Sequence record: OR637327.1 | DNA from: Klebsiella phage iPHaGe-KPN-11i | DNA: 64,000 nt | Strand: one strand, 5' to 3' | Part shown: positions 8,650 through 17,323 of the stretch, piece by piece | Position numbering within the stretch: the first letter of the stretch is position 1 | Layout: each line of letters begins with the position of its first letter | Notes under the pieces: model-generated | Told to the model about the DNA's origin: nothing | Seen by the model: only the letters and a program-made list of their open reading frames with translations | Databases searched by the model: none | Position numbers and translations under genes: made by a program

Positions 8650-9630
8650 ATGTCATTCTTTAAACGTCAAGATCCAACCAAACTGCAAGAACAAGTCGCC
8701 GCTCTGAAAGGTTCATCCGGCTTCCAGAAAGATGAAAAAGAGTGGAAACTCGGTGTCGATGCACAGAAAAACGGTTCTGCGGTGATCCGCTTCCTGCCTA
8801 ACCGATCTGATGATGAACTGGCGTTCGTGCGTATCGTCAACCATTCATTCAAAAAGAATAACCAGTGGTTCATCGAAAACTGCCCGTCTACCCACGGCGA
8901 TTACGATGCTTGCCCTGTGTGTCAGTATATCTCTGAAAACGATCTGTTCGAAAAAGCGAAAGTGAAAGGCAGCGAAGCCGAAAAAACACTGGGTATGATC
9001 GGACGTAAACAATCGTTCTGGGCGAACATTCTGGTGGTTAAAGATCCAATGCACCCGGAAAACGAAGGTAAGGTGTTTAAGTTCCGCTTCGGTAAAAAGA
9101 TCATGGATAAAATCACTGCGGCTATCGCGGGGAACCCAGATCTGGATGAACCAGGTGTTGCTGTGACCTGTCCGTTTGGTGGCGCTAACTTCACCCTGAC
9201 CGCGAAGAAAGTAGGCGACTGGCCTAACTACGACGACAGCAAATTTGGTGTTCCTGGCCCAATCAAAGGCATCGAAGACGAAGCGCGTCAGAAAGAAATC
9301 TTCGAAGGTATGAGCGATCTGCGTCCAATCACTGCTCCAGACCAGTTCAAACCAACTGCGGAACTGACCGCGAAGTTCACCAAAGTATTCGGTGGTGCTG
9401 CAATGGGTGCTGGCGCAAGCGCTGGTGCGGATCTGGATTCAGAACTGAACTCATTTGACAACGAACTGAAAAACTTCGATAATGGCAACCAGTCCAAAGG
9501 TGCTAAAGAATCTGGTGGCGTAAGTCAACTGAACGTAGGCGGAAGCGTACCGGAAGATGATAATACCCCTCCGTTTGATCTGGAAGGTGGTTCCGGTGAT
9601 GACGACCTGGATAAACTGCTGGATCTGTAA
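8650..9630 (+). CDS. 32: ssDNA-binding protein gp32
   Basis: EWKLGVDAQKNGSAVIRFLP...VNHSFKKNNQWFIENCPSTHGDYDACPVCQYISENDLF...WANILVVKDPMHPENEGKVFKFRFGKKI nearly matches T4 gp32, including the zinc-binding CxxxHxxxxxCxxC and an acidic C-terminal tail. Confidence 0.95.
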   Translation: MSFFKRQDPTKLQEQVAALKGSSGFQKDEKEWKLGVDAQKNGSAVIRFLPNRSDDELAFVRIVNHSFKKNNQWFIENCPSTHGDYDACPVCQYISENDLFEKAKVKGSEAEKTLGMIGRKQSFWANILVVKDPMHPENEGKVFKFRFGKKIMDKITAAIAGNPDLDEPGVAVTCPFGGANFTLTAKKVGDWPNYDDSKFGVPGPIKGIEDEARQKEIFEGMSDLRPITAPDQFKPTAELTAKFTKVFGGAAMGAGASAGADLDSELNSFDNELKNFDNGNQSKGAKESGGVSQLNVGGSVPEDDNTPPFDLEGGSGDDDLDKLLDL

Positions 9631-9675
9631 TGCTTACGGGGGCGAAAGCCCCCAATTTGAAAGTTTGAGGTAGAT

Positions 9676-9960
9676 ATGAATTTAGAACAAAACGTATATG
9701 TAGCGCATCTGAACAACGTTCGCAAATCCTGGGTAGGTAAAGTGCCGGAAAACATCAAAGAGATTTTCCGTGCGATGCCTCAAGCTGAACGCTTTGAGCA
9801 TTACAAACGGATCGACGAAGCAGTAAGCGCAGTACATACCGGATTGATTCACGACGCTCGCGAAGCGGGTACGAAAATCACAGAATCCAAAAGCAAAGAA
9901 TTCCTTGACAATGCGGCGGATCGCGTTGTAGAATCCCTGATTAACGGCACTTTTGCCTAA
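9676..9960 (+). CDS. hypothetical protein (94 aa) between 32 and 45
   Basis: ORF with good spacing, preceded by a hairpin at 9638-9653. Confidence 0.45.
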   Translation: MNLEQNVYVAHLNNVRKSWVGKVPENIKEIFRAMPQAERFEHYKRIDEAVSAVHTGLIHDAREAGTKITESKSKEFLDNAADRVVESLINGTFA

Positions 9961-9980
9961 TTGAAAACTATAGGTTGAAT

Positions 9981-10646
9981 ATGAAATTCTCTAAACAAAC
10001 GATCGACATCCTGAAAAACTTCTCCCAGATCAACCCGTCTGTAATGCTGAAAAAGGGTTCGTTCATTATGACGAAATCCATCAACAGCGTAGTTTACGCA
10101 GAAGCAACGATTTCTGACGTAATTGACGAAGATGTAGGTATCTACGATCTGAACTCATTCCTGAACATGCTGAACGTTGTAGGCACTGATGCCGAAGTAA
10201 CTCACGATCTGTCCACTGGCGAAATCGTCATTCGTGGTGAGAAAATGAAAATCGTTGAGCGTTCAAGCGATCCAACCACAATCGTACAGCCTAAGAAGCG
10301 TCTGGAAATGCCAGTTGCGGATCTGATTTTCCAGATTAGCGCGAACGATTTCGAAAAACTGATCAAAGCGTCACGCATGATGAAACTGACCGACCTGTCT
10401 GTTGAGCCAATCAACGGCAAGCTGGTAATCACCGCGAAAAGTAAAGAAAGCCAGTCAACCTTCTCTGTGGAAGTGGGCGATTACGAAGGTGATAACATGT
10501 TCAACTTCGATATGAAGATTGACAACATGCAGTTCATCAACAGCGATTACAAAGTTGAAATCTCTTCTCGCGGCGCTGCGAAATTCTCGTCCGAAAACGG
10601 CGTTGCGTATGTAGTGGTACTTGAAGCAACCAGCCAGTTCAAGTAA
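9981..10646 (+). CDS. 45: sliding clamp gp45
   Basis: ILKNFSQINPSVMLKKGSFIMTKSINSVVYAEATISDVIDEDVGIYDLNSFL... is colinear with T4 gp45 (LLKNFATINSGIMLKSGQFIMTRAVNGTTYAEANISDVIDFDVAIYDLNGFL). ATG at 9981 preferred; the ORF track's 9975 is a TTG. Confidence 0.93.
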   Translation: MKFSKQTIDILKNFSQINPSVMLKKGSFIMTKSINSVVYAEATISDVIDEDVGIYDLNSFLNMLNVVGTDAEVTHDLSTGEIVIRGEKMKIVERSSDPTTIVQPKKRLEMPVADLIFQISANDFEKLIKASRMMKLTDLSVEPINGKLVITAKSKESQSTFSVEVGDYEGDNMFNFDMKIDNMQFINSDYKVEISSRGAAKFSSENGVAYVVVLEATSQFK

Positions 10647-10666
10647 GATAAACAAAGTAGTACACA

Positions 10667-10688
10667 AGGGGCGTTAAGCCCCTTTTTG
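10667..10688 (+). terminator. intrinsic terminator after gene 45
   Basis: AGGGGCGTTAAGCCCCT hairpin followed by TTTTT. Confidence 0.6.
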
Positions 10689-10710
10689 ATAATCAATTGA
10701 AGGTAATATT

Positions 10711-11709
10711 ATGGAACTTAGTGAAAACGTACAGTTAATCGAAACCAAATACGGCAAAATCTCCCAGTCTCCCGAAGAATTCGCATGGGATCAGCGCTAT
10801 CGCCCGACGACGATCGATGAATGCATTCTCCCTGCTGCTGATAAAGCGACGATGCGCGGCTTCATCAAGTCTGGACGAATCGACAACATGACTCTGGTTT
10901 CTGATTCCCCAGGTACGGGTAAAACAACGCTGGCGCTGGTTCTGGCTAACGAAGTTGATGCGGAAGTGATGTTTGTCAACGGTTCCGATTGTGGTGTGAA
11001 CTTCATCCGTAACGAACTGGATCGTTACGCGTCCTCTATGACGCAGAAGAAAGGCGGTAAAATCATTCTGATTGACGAATTCGATCGCCCAGGCATGGCA
11101 GAAGCACAGAAGCACATGCGTAGCTTTATCGAAGCGTACAGCAAGAACGTTACTGTTATGATCACCGCGAACAACATCAACGGGATTCACCCTGCGCTGA
11201 TCTCCCGCTGTCCGGTAGTCAAGTTCGGTTCCCCGTCGAAGGAAGAACGCGTTGAACTGATGAAGCAAATGATCAAACGCTGTTTCGGTATCCTCGAAAT
11301 CGAGAAAATCGAATATGACCAGCAGGTGATCGCCGGATTCGTTAAGAAGCACTACCCAGACGCGCGATCCATCGTTAAAGCTCTTGGGTTCTATTCTAAG
11401 CGCGGCAAAATTGATGCTGGTATTCTGTCTGAGATTGTTGGTTCGGATATCACACCAGTAATTGAGGGGCTTAAAGCGAAGAACTTCAAAGCACTGCGAG
11501 CCGAAGCAATCAAGTACGCGCCTGAGTATGAAACTTTCCTGGCTAAACTTCTGGATGCGGTATACCCGATCGTCACCAACGAATCTAAGGTTGCACTCAT
11601 TCAGGCAGTAGGCGAAAACAACGCACAGTACGGGCTGGCAGTGAACAAAGAGATTCACCTGCAATACCTGTTCATGGGCTTAATGCTTACCCTCGCGTGG
11701 GAGGCTTAA
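10711..11709 (+). CDS. 44: clamp-loader large subunit gp44 (AAA+)
   Basis: QRYRPTTIDECILPA...SDSPGTGKTTLA...MFVNGSDC...ILIDEFDR...SRC, colinear with T4 gp44. Confidence 0.93.
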   Translation: MELSENVQLIETKYGKISQSPEEFAWDQRYRPTTIDECILPAADKATMRGFIKSGRIDNMTLVSDSPGTGKTTLALVLANEVDAEVMFVNGSDCGVNFIRNELDRYASSMTQKKGGKIILIDEFDRPGMAEAQKHMRSFIEAYSKNVTVMITANNINGIHPALISRCPVVKFGSPSKEERVELMKQMIKRCFGILEIEKIEYDQQVIAGFVKKHYPDARSIVKALGFYSKRGKIDAGILSEIVGSDITPVIEGLKAKNFKALRAEAIKYAPEYETFLAKLLDAVYPIVTNESKVALIQAVGENNAQYGLAVNKEIHLQYLFMGLMLTLAWEA

Positions 11710-11711
11710 AA

Positions 11712-12284
11712 ATGTCACTGGCTGCTTTTCTCGATGAAGAAGAACTGAACGAACATGAAGCGGCCTGGCGTTCTAAAGACTGGGACAAGATCGAAGAACT
11801 TGTGAAAGAGTACACCAAAGACAAGGAAAACACCTTGTTTATGGTGCTCGAAGAACTGAACAACGGGAAGACACCATTACGGATCTCTGCCCTTGATTCA
11901 TACGATAAGTTTTTCATCGACAATGCAATGAGCCAGCATATCGAAACGCTGATTCCTGCATACACGATGAATATGATCGGTTCCGGTTTACCAGACCAGG
12001 CGCACTTTGATTATTACCTGCATACGGTGCGCAAAGGTAAGCGGTTCGGGGCGTGGGCTAAACTCACCGAAGATAACGAAATGAAAGTTATCCTTCATGT
12101 TCTCCAAAAACGATACGGTGTAAATACATGTATAGCAATGGAATATTACGAAGAACTCAAACAGCTTGAAAAACTGGACGAGTGGAAGCGGAAAAATATG
12201 AAAGTTGCTTTATCTGTGTTGGCTGATGTTGTGAAAAATAAAACCGACCAGAAAAAGGTTGAACAACTAATAAAGAAATGGTGA
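11712..12284 (+). CDS. 62: clamp-loader small subunit gp62
   Basis: MSLAAFLDEEELNEHEAAWRSKDW versus T4 MSLFKDDIQLNEHQVAWYSKDW. Start lies 2 nt after the gp44 stop. Confidence 0.88.
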   Translation: MSLAAFLDEEELNEHEAAWRSKDWDKIEELVKEYTKDKENTLFMVLEELNNGKTPLRISALDSYDKFFIDNAMSQHIETLIPAYTMNMIGSGLPDQAHFDYYLHTVRKGKRFGAWAKLTEDNEMKVILHVLQKRYGVNTCIAMEYYEELKQLEKLDEWKRKNMKVALSVLADVVKNKTDQKKVEQLIKKW

Positions 12285-12287
12285 TGT

Positions 12288-12656
12288 ATGAACATGCTCG
12301 AAATTAAACTGTCCAGCGATGACAGTTTCCTGAAAATTCGCGAAACGCTGACCCGCATCGGGATCGCAAATAACAAAAAGAAAATGTTGTGGCAGTCTTG
12401 CCACATCCTACAGAAACAAGGGCGTTATTTTATCGTACACTTCAAAGAACTGTTGAAGCTGGACGGTCGCCAGGTTGACATGACCGAAGATGACGAACTG
12501 CGCCGCAATAACATTGCGCGACTTCTGGAAGAGTGGGGTATGGTTTCCATCCTTACGCCGGATCTGAAATTCTCCGAAGAGAACAACTTCCGCGTACTGA
12601 CTCACGCACAAAAAGCTGAATGGACTTTGAAATACAAGTACCGGATCGGTCATTAA
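12288..12656 (+). CDS. regA: translational repressor RegA
   Basis: 122 aa. LKIRETLTRIGIANNKKKMLWQSCHILQKQGRYFIVHFKELLKLDGRQVDMTEDDELRRNNIARLLEEWG is near-identical in pattern to T4 RegA. Confidence 0.93.
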   Translation: MNMLEIKLSSDDSFLKIRETLTRIGIANNKKKMLWQSCHILQKQGRYFIVHFKELLKLDGRQVDMTEDDELRRNNIARLLEEWGMVSILTPDLKFSEENNFRVLTHAQKAEWTLKYKYRIGH

Positions 12657-12666
12657 TCAAAAGCCC

Positions 12667-12695
12667 TTGCAGAAATGCAGGGGCTTTGTTATATT
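12667..12695 (+). promoter_or_regulatory. PeSL-like element: promoter TTGCAG-N17-TATATT embedded in a terminator-like hairpin
   Basis: AAAGCCCTTGCAGAAATGCAGGGGCTTTGTTATATTGG; the -35 hexamer lies in the 5' arm of the stem. Confidence 0.55.
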
Positions 12696-12724
12696 GGTTG
12701 TACACCACTTGTGAGGACTAAATT

Positions 12725-13042
12725 ATGAAAATTCGTATTGAAGAAATCATCAAAGCTATTGAATCCGGCGATCACTTGATCAACCGTCTGCATAGCGAAG
12801 ACATCAAACTGTCTCTTACTTGCAATCTCTCTGATCTGCGCACCTACGCATACGCGCGGGATCACTTCCCTAAGTTCTATACTCGCATCATGGAAGAATA
12901 TACCGTGCTAGTTGAACAACTAAATCGGCCTGACACCCAACGCTATCACAAATTAGCGCAACGCTCGCTTGATCTGACCAAGCTGGCTGGGGTATCATTC
13001 CTGTCACGATTAAACACGGAGAAAGAAAACCGTAATGAATGA
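12725..13042 (+). CDS. hypothetical protein (105 aa) inserted between regA and 43
   Basis: ORF with SD, directly downstream of the PeSL; overlaps the gp43 start by 8 nt. T4 has no gene at this position. Confidence 0.5.
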   Translation: MKIRIEEIIKAIESGDHLINRLHSEDIKLSLTCNLSDLRTYAYARDHFPKFYTRIMEEYTVLVEQLNRPDTQRYHKLAQRSLDLTKLAGVSFLSRLNTEKENRNE

Positions 13043-15740
13043 ATTTTATCTATCCGTTGAGCAAATGGGCGATCACATCTACGAGCGCTTCATTGACTCT
13101 GAGGGACGCGAACAGGTTCGCAAAACAAAATATGCGCCTACAATGTTTCAACACGCTATGGCGGGTGTAGACTCGCCATATCGCGACATTTACGGCAAGA
13201 CCTGCATCAAAAAGAACTTCGAAAGCATCAAAGAAGCAAAAAACTGGATGCAGCGAATGAAAGATGTAGGCATGGAAGCGCTAGGCATGGATGATTTCAG
13301 GCTGGCGTATATATCCGATGCCTACAGAAAGGAAATCGAATACGACCGAGACAAGATCCGCATTGCTTCACTTGATATCGAAGTTACCGCGCCTGAATTC
13401 CCTGATCCCCGCGAAGCAAAATATGCTATCGACGCAATCACACACTATGACAGCGTTGAAGATAAATTCTTTGTGTACGATCTGGTCGAGGGCGGGTTAG
13501 ATGAATGGGTAGCGTCGAAAGTTGATACCGAAAACGAGATCAGCGAAGAAGACTTGAAGAAAATTGTTTACCGTTCATTCCAGACCGAAAAGTCGCTGTT
13601 GTCGGCTTATATCAAAGACTGGAAAGAGCGGACACCTGTTATTGTTACGGGCTGGAACTCAAACAAGTTCGATATTGCGTATATCATCACCCGTTACCTG
13701 AACATCTTCGGGCAAAACGTTGTTCGTCATTTCAGCCCGTTCGGGAAAGTGACTGCGAAGACAACAACCGACCATTACGGGAACGAACAACTGGGCTATG
13801 AGATTTACGGCGTTGCTCAAATGGATGGAATGGATCTCTATAAGAAATTCAGTTTCACCCCGCAACCGTCTTACTCTCTGGGTGCGATCGCTGAGTTCGA
13901 AACAGGTAAAAACAAAGTTGATTATGAAGGTTCGCTGTCTGAACTGCGTCAAGCGGATCACCAGAAATACATCACGTATAACATCGTTGACGTTATCCGC
14001 GTGTTGGATATCGACGGTAAACGCAACTTTATCGAACTGGTTCTGTCTGTAGCATACTACGCGAAAATCAACTTCCCTGGGGTTATGTCGCCGCTTAAAA
14101 CGTGGGACGCAATCATTTACAACTCTCTGCGTGAAGAGAAGAAAGTAATCCCAGAAAACAAACGCCATACTAAAACGCCGTATGATGGTGCATACGTTAA
14201 AGATCCGGTTGTCGCTCCATACCGTTACATTGTATCGTTCGACTTGACCAGCCTGTATCCATCTATCATCCGACAGGTGAATATAAGCCCTGAGACAATC
14301 GCTAACAGCTTTGCAGTGCGTCCGATGCATGAATACATCAATAAGACTGCGCCGCGTCCTAGCGACGAATTTAGCTGCTCTCCTAACGGGTGGATGTTCC
14401 GACGCGATGTTAAAGGCGTGATTCCGGTCGAGATCAAGAAAGTATTTGATCAGCGTAAGGCGTGGAAAAAACGAATGATGGCGGGTGAGCGAAATCTCGA
14501 ACTGATTAAGCACGAACTCGAACACCTGACAGACGCGCACAACCAAATGATCAACCCTGATTTCGAGTTCTACGAAGATTTCGGTGATGAATCAAAAGCT
14601 GTACTGAAAACGCTGTCTAAGCAAATGCTTAAAGCCGTGAAGAAAGTGTGTGAGAAGAAAATCGCACAGGCGAACACCGCACAGCTTAACCGTAAAATCA
14701 GTATCAACTCCCTTTATGGTGCGTTGGGTAACGAACATTTCCGTTACTTCGATATTCGAAACGCCAGTGCGATCACCATGTTCGGGCAGTTGGCTATTCA
14801 GTGGATTGAGCGTAAGGTTAACGAATACCTTAACGAACTGTGCAACACCACGGATTACGCATACGTGCGTTACTGTGACACCGACTCCATTTATGTTTGT
14901 ATGGACAACGTGATCGCGAAAGTCGGCGGTGAAAATAAGTTCAGGGATAACAACCATTGGGTTGACTTCCTGGATAAGTTCAGTAAAGAACGCATGGAAC
15001 CTATCATTGATAAGGGCTACCGAGAACTGTGCGAGTACATGAACAACGTCGAACACCTGATGTTTATGGATCGCGAAATCATTTCTGGACCACCTCTGGG
15101 ATCGAAAGGTCTGGGTAGTTTCTGGACGGCTAAGAAACGATATGCGGCTAACGTATGGGACTCCGAAGGAACCCGCTACGAGAAGCCTAAATTAAAGATC
15201 ATGGGAATGGAAACCCAGCGAAGCAGTACACCGACAGCGGTTAAAAAGTTCTTGAAAGAAGCGATCCGTCGCATCCTGCAAGAAGGTGAAGAATCCTTAC
15301 ACGAACACTTCAAAGTATTTGAAGAAGAGTATAAGGCGCTTGACTACCGAGAAATAGCTGGTGTATCATCTGCTAACAATATCTCAAAATATAATGATGG
15401 TGCTGGCTTCCCAATCAAAGGGACACCAAACCACATCAAAGGCGTTCTGTTCTTTAACCGCCATACGAAGGGTATTCAAGGAATCACCCCGATCATGGAA
15501 GGTGAAAAGGTGATGGTTCTGCCGTTGCGAGATAAAAACCCGTGGCAAGCTGATTGCATCGCATGGCAATCCGGTACGCGTTTACCAACTGAGATCGAAG
15601 AAGATATTTTGAAGTGGGTAGACTATGGCGGATTATTTGAAAAACATGTGGTTAGCCCGTTGCAAAACATCACGGAAGCCTGTAAAATTGATTACGAAAA
15701 ACGCGCATCCCTGAACACTCTGTTCGGTGATGACTGGTAA
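13035..15740 (+). CDS. 43: DNA polymerase gp43 (family B)
   Basis: MNEFYLSVEQMGDHIYERFIDSEG versus T4 MKEFYISIETVGNNIVERYIDENG. Exo motifs (FDIEV, YNIVDV), SLYPSII and YCDTDS polymerase motifs. 901 aa versus 898 in T4. Confidence 0.97.
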   Translation: MNEFYLSVEQMGDHIYERFIDSEGREQVRKTKYAPTMFQHAMAGVDSPYRDIYGKTCIKKNFESIKEAKNWMQRMKDVGMEALGMDDFRLAYISDAYRKEIEYDRDKIRIASLDIEVTAPEFPDPREAKYAIDAITHYDSVEDKFFVYDLVEGGLDEWVASKVDTENEISEEDLKKIVYRSFQTEKSLLSAYIKDWKERTPVIVTGWNSNKFDIAYIITRYLNIFGQNVVRHFSPFGKVTAKTTTDHYGNEQLGYEIYGVAQMDGMDLYKKFSFTPQPSYSLGAIAEFETGKNKVDYEGSLSELRQADHQKYITYNIVDVIRVLDIDGKRNFIELVLSVAYYAKINFPGVMSPLKTWDAIIYNSLREEKKVIPENKRHTKTPYDGAYVKDPVVAPYRYIVSFDLTSLYPSIIRQVNISPETIANSFAVRPMHEYINKTAPRPSDEFSCSPNGWMFRRDVKGVIPVEIKKVFDQRKAWKKRMMAGERNLELIKHELEHLTDAHNQMINPDFEFYEDFGDESKAVLKTLSKQMLKAVKKVCEKKIAQANTAQLNRKISINSLYGALGNEHFRYFDIRNASAITMFGQLAIQWIERKVNEYLNELCNTTDYAYVRYCDTDSIYVCMDNVIAKVGGENKFRDNNHWVDFLDKFSKERMEPIIDKGYRELCEYMNNVEHLMFMDREIISGPPLGSKGLGSFWTAKKRYAANVWDSEGTRYEKPKLKIMGMETQRSSTPTAVKKFLKEAIRRILQEGEESLHEHFKVFEEEYKALDYREIAGVSSANNISKYNDGAGFPIKGTPNHIKGVLFFNRHTKGIQGITPIMEGEKVMVLPLRDKNPWQADCIAWQSGTRLPTEIEEDILKWVDYGGLFEKHVVSPLQNITEACKIDYEKRASLNTLFGDDW

Positions 15741-15792
15741 GACCTGACGGGGCAGAAATGCCCCATTTATATAAATTTGTGAGGAATATATT

Positions 15793-15819
15793 ATGCGTGT
15801 ATATAAACCGGAAAAATAA
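15793..15819 (+). CDS. 8-codon leader mini-ORF (MRVYKPEK) ending 1 nt before the uvsX start
   Basis: SD GAGGA at 15781-15785, ATG at 15793, TAA at 15817-15819, then the uvsX ATG at 15820. Confidence 0.3.
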   Translation: MRVYKPEK

Positions 15820-16968
15820 ATGTCTAATAAAGCACTCCTGAAAAAACTGATCAAAAACTCGAATAGTCAATCTGCGTCAATTCTGTCTGAAAGCGATGTT
15901 TTCAATAACATCACCAAAACTCGAACCCGTGTACCGATCCTGAACCTGGCGCTGTCCGGCGCTTTCGATGGTGGTCTGACTTCCGGCTTAACTCTGTTTG
16001 CTGGCCCGTCAAAACACTTTAAATCGAATCTGGGGCTGGTGACGGTTGCGGCGTACCTCAAAGCGAATGAGGATGCTGTGTGTCTGTTCTACGATTCGGA
16101 GAAAGGCGTAACTAAGTCTTACCTGAAATCAATGGGCGTTGACCCCGATCGTGTGGTGTATACTCGTATCACGACAGTTGAGCAACTTCGAAATGACGTT
16201 GTGAGCCAGCTTAACGCGCTGGAACGTGGCGACAAAGTGATCATTTTCGTGGACTCTGTAGGCAACACCGCGAGTAAAAAAGAACTGGCTGATGCCCTGT
16301 CTGACAACGACAAACAGGACATGACCCGTGCTAAAGCACTTAAAGGTATGTTCCGTATGGTTACGCCTTACCTGGCGGATCTGGATATTCCGATGGTGTG
16401 TATCTGTCACACATACGACACACAAGAAATGTACAGTAAGAAAGTCATTTCCGGTGGTACTGGTCTGATGTATTCCGCAGATACCGCGATCATCCTGGGC
16501 AAACAACAGGTGAAAGAAGGTACGGAAGTTGTCGGTTATGACTTCATCATGAACATCGAGAAATCTCGCTTCGTGAAAGAGAAATCCAAATTCCCGCTTC
16601 ATGTTACCTATGAGGGCGGTATCAGTATGTTCTCTGGTCTTCTGGATCTGGCTATGGAAATGAACTTCGTTCAGACCGTAACGAAAGGCTGGCGCAACCG
16701 TGCTTTCCTGAATACCGAGACTGGCGAACTCGAAGTTGAAGATAAGAAATGGCGTGAAACGGAAACCAACTCGATCGAGTTCTGGAAACCTCTGTTCACT
16801 CACCAGCCATTCCTTGATGCGATTCAGGAAAAATACCGTATTCCTGATAAAGAGATCACTGACGGGGCAGCACTCGAAGATCTTTATTCCGACGATGTAG
16901 TAGAACCGTCAAATAAATTTGATCTCGATGACGATATCCCTGATGATGTGGATATGTCAGAAGAGTAA
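15820..16968 (+). CDS. uvsX: RecA-like recombinase UvsX
   Basis: PILNLALSGAFDGGLTSGLTLFAGPSKHFKSN...LFYDSEKGVT...VFVDSVGNTASKKE... is colinear with T4 UvsX. Confidence 0.95.
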   Translation: MSNKALLKKLIKNSNSQSASILSESDVFNNITKTRTRVPILNLALSGAFDGGLTSGLTLFAGPSKHFKSNLGLVTVAAYLKANEDAVCLFYDSEKGVTKSYLKSMGVDPDRVVYTRITTVEQLRNDVVSQLNALERGDKVIIFVDSVGNTASKKELADALSDNDKQDMTRAKALKGMFRMVTPYLADLDIPMVCICHTYDTQEMYSKKVISGGTGLMYSADTAIILGKQQVKEGTEVVGYDFIMNIEKSRFVKEKSKFPLHVTYEGGISMFSGLLDLAMEMNFVQTVTKGWRNRAFLNTETGELEVEDKKWRETETNSIEFWKPLFTHQPFLDAIQEKYRIPDKEITDGAALEDLYSDDVVEPSNKFDLDDDIPDDVDMSEE

Positions 16969-16977
16969 TAAACAACT

Positions 16978-16996
16978 GGGGGCTTTGCCCCCTTTT
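16978..16996 (+). terminator. hairpin terminator after uvsX
   Basis: GGGGGCTTTGCCCCC followed by TTTTAA. Confidence 0.5.
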
Positions 16997-17008
16997 AATA
17001 GGTGAATC

Positions 17009-17314
17009 ATGGACATTGAACAAAAAACAAAGAACATTCTTGATGAAGCAATGCAGGACGTTATTCAAGAACTGTTGATCAACGATGAAAACGATGTTGC
17101 ACACTTAGTGTACATCCATAAGGTGTATTGGGATAACGGCTTGAAAGTCGAATTCAGTACGCCGGACGAAGATAAAGAAAAACTGATTCCGCTGGTTCAC
17201 GATGCAATCTACGCGCAGATCAAGCCTAATCTCCCAAAGCCTGAAAAGACCTTATGGGCGGCGTTGAAAGTAAAGCTGTATAATTTCTTTCAGATGTTCG
17301 CTAATCTGGTTTAA
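17009..17314 (+). CDS. hypothetical protein (101 aa) at the gene 40 position
   Basis: ORF between uvsX and 41. No TM segment and no recognisable similarity to T4 gp40. Confidence 0.45.
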   Translation: MDIEQKTKNILDEAMQDVIQELLINDENDVAHLVYIHKVYWDNGLKVEFSTPDEDKEKLIPLVHDAIYAQIKPNLPKPEKTLWAALKVKLYNFFQMFANLV

Positions 17315-17323
17315 GAGGTAATA

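Noticed and set aside
10735-11664. 309-aa minus-strand ORF inside gene 44; similar long antisense ORFs at 13659-14546 (in gene 43), 16129-16803 (in uvsX), 31046-32161 (in gene 39), 40225-41007, 43658-44179, 49390-49911 and 49918-50355 (in gene 34), and 61896-62786 (antisense to nrdD)
   Set aside because: These lie entirely antisense to strongly supported conserved genes. They have no SD and no recognisable motifs, and they sit in blocks where every real gene is on the other strand.
17009-17314. Calling the 101-aa ORF between uvsX and 41 gene 40
   Set aside because: Position matches, but the product is soluble and acidic with no resemblance to the membrane protein gp40. Left as hypothetical.
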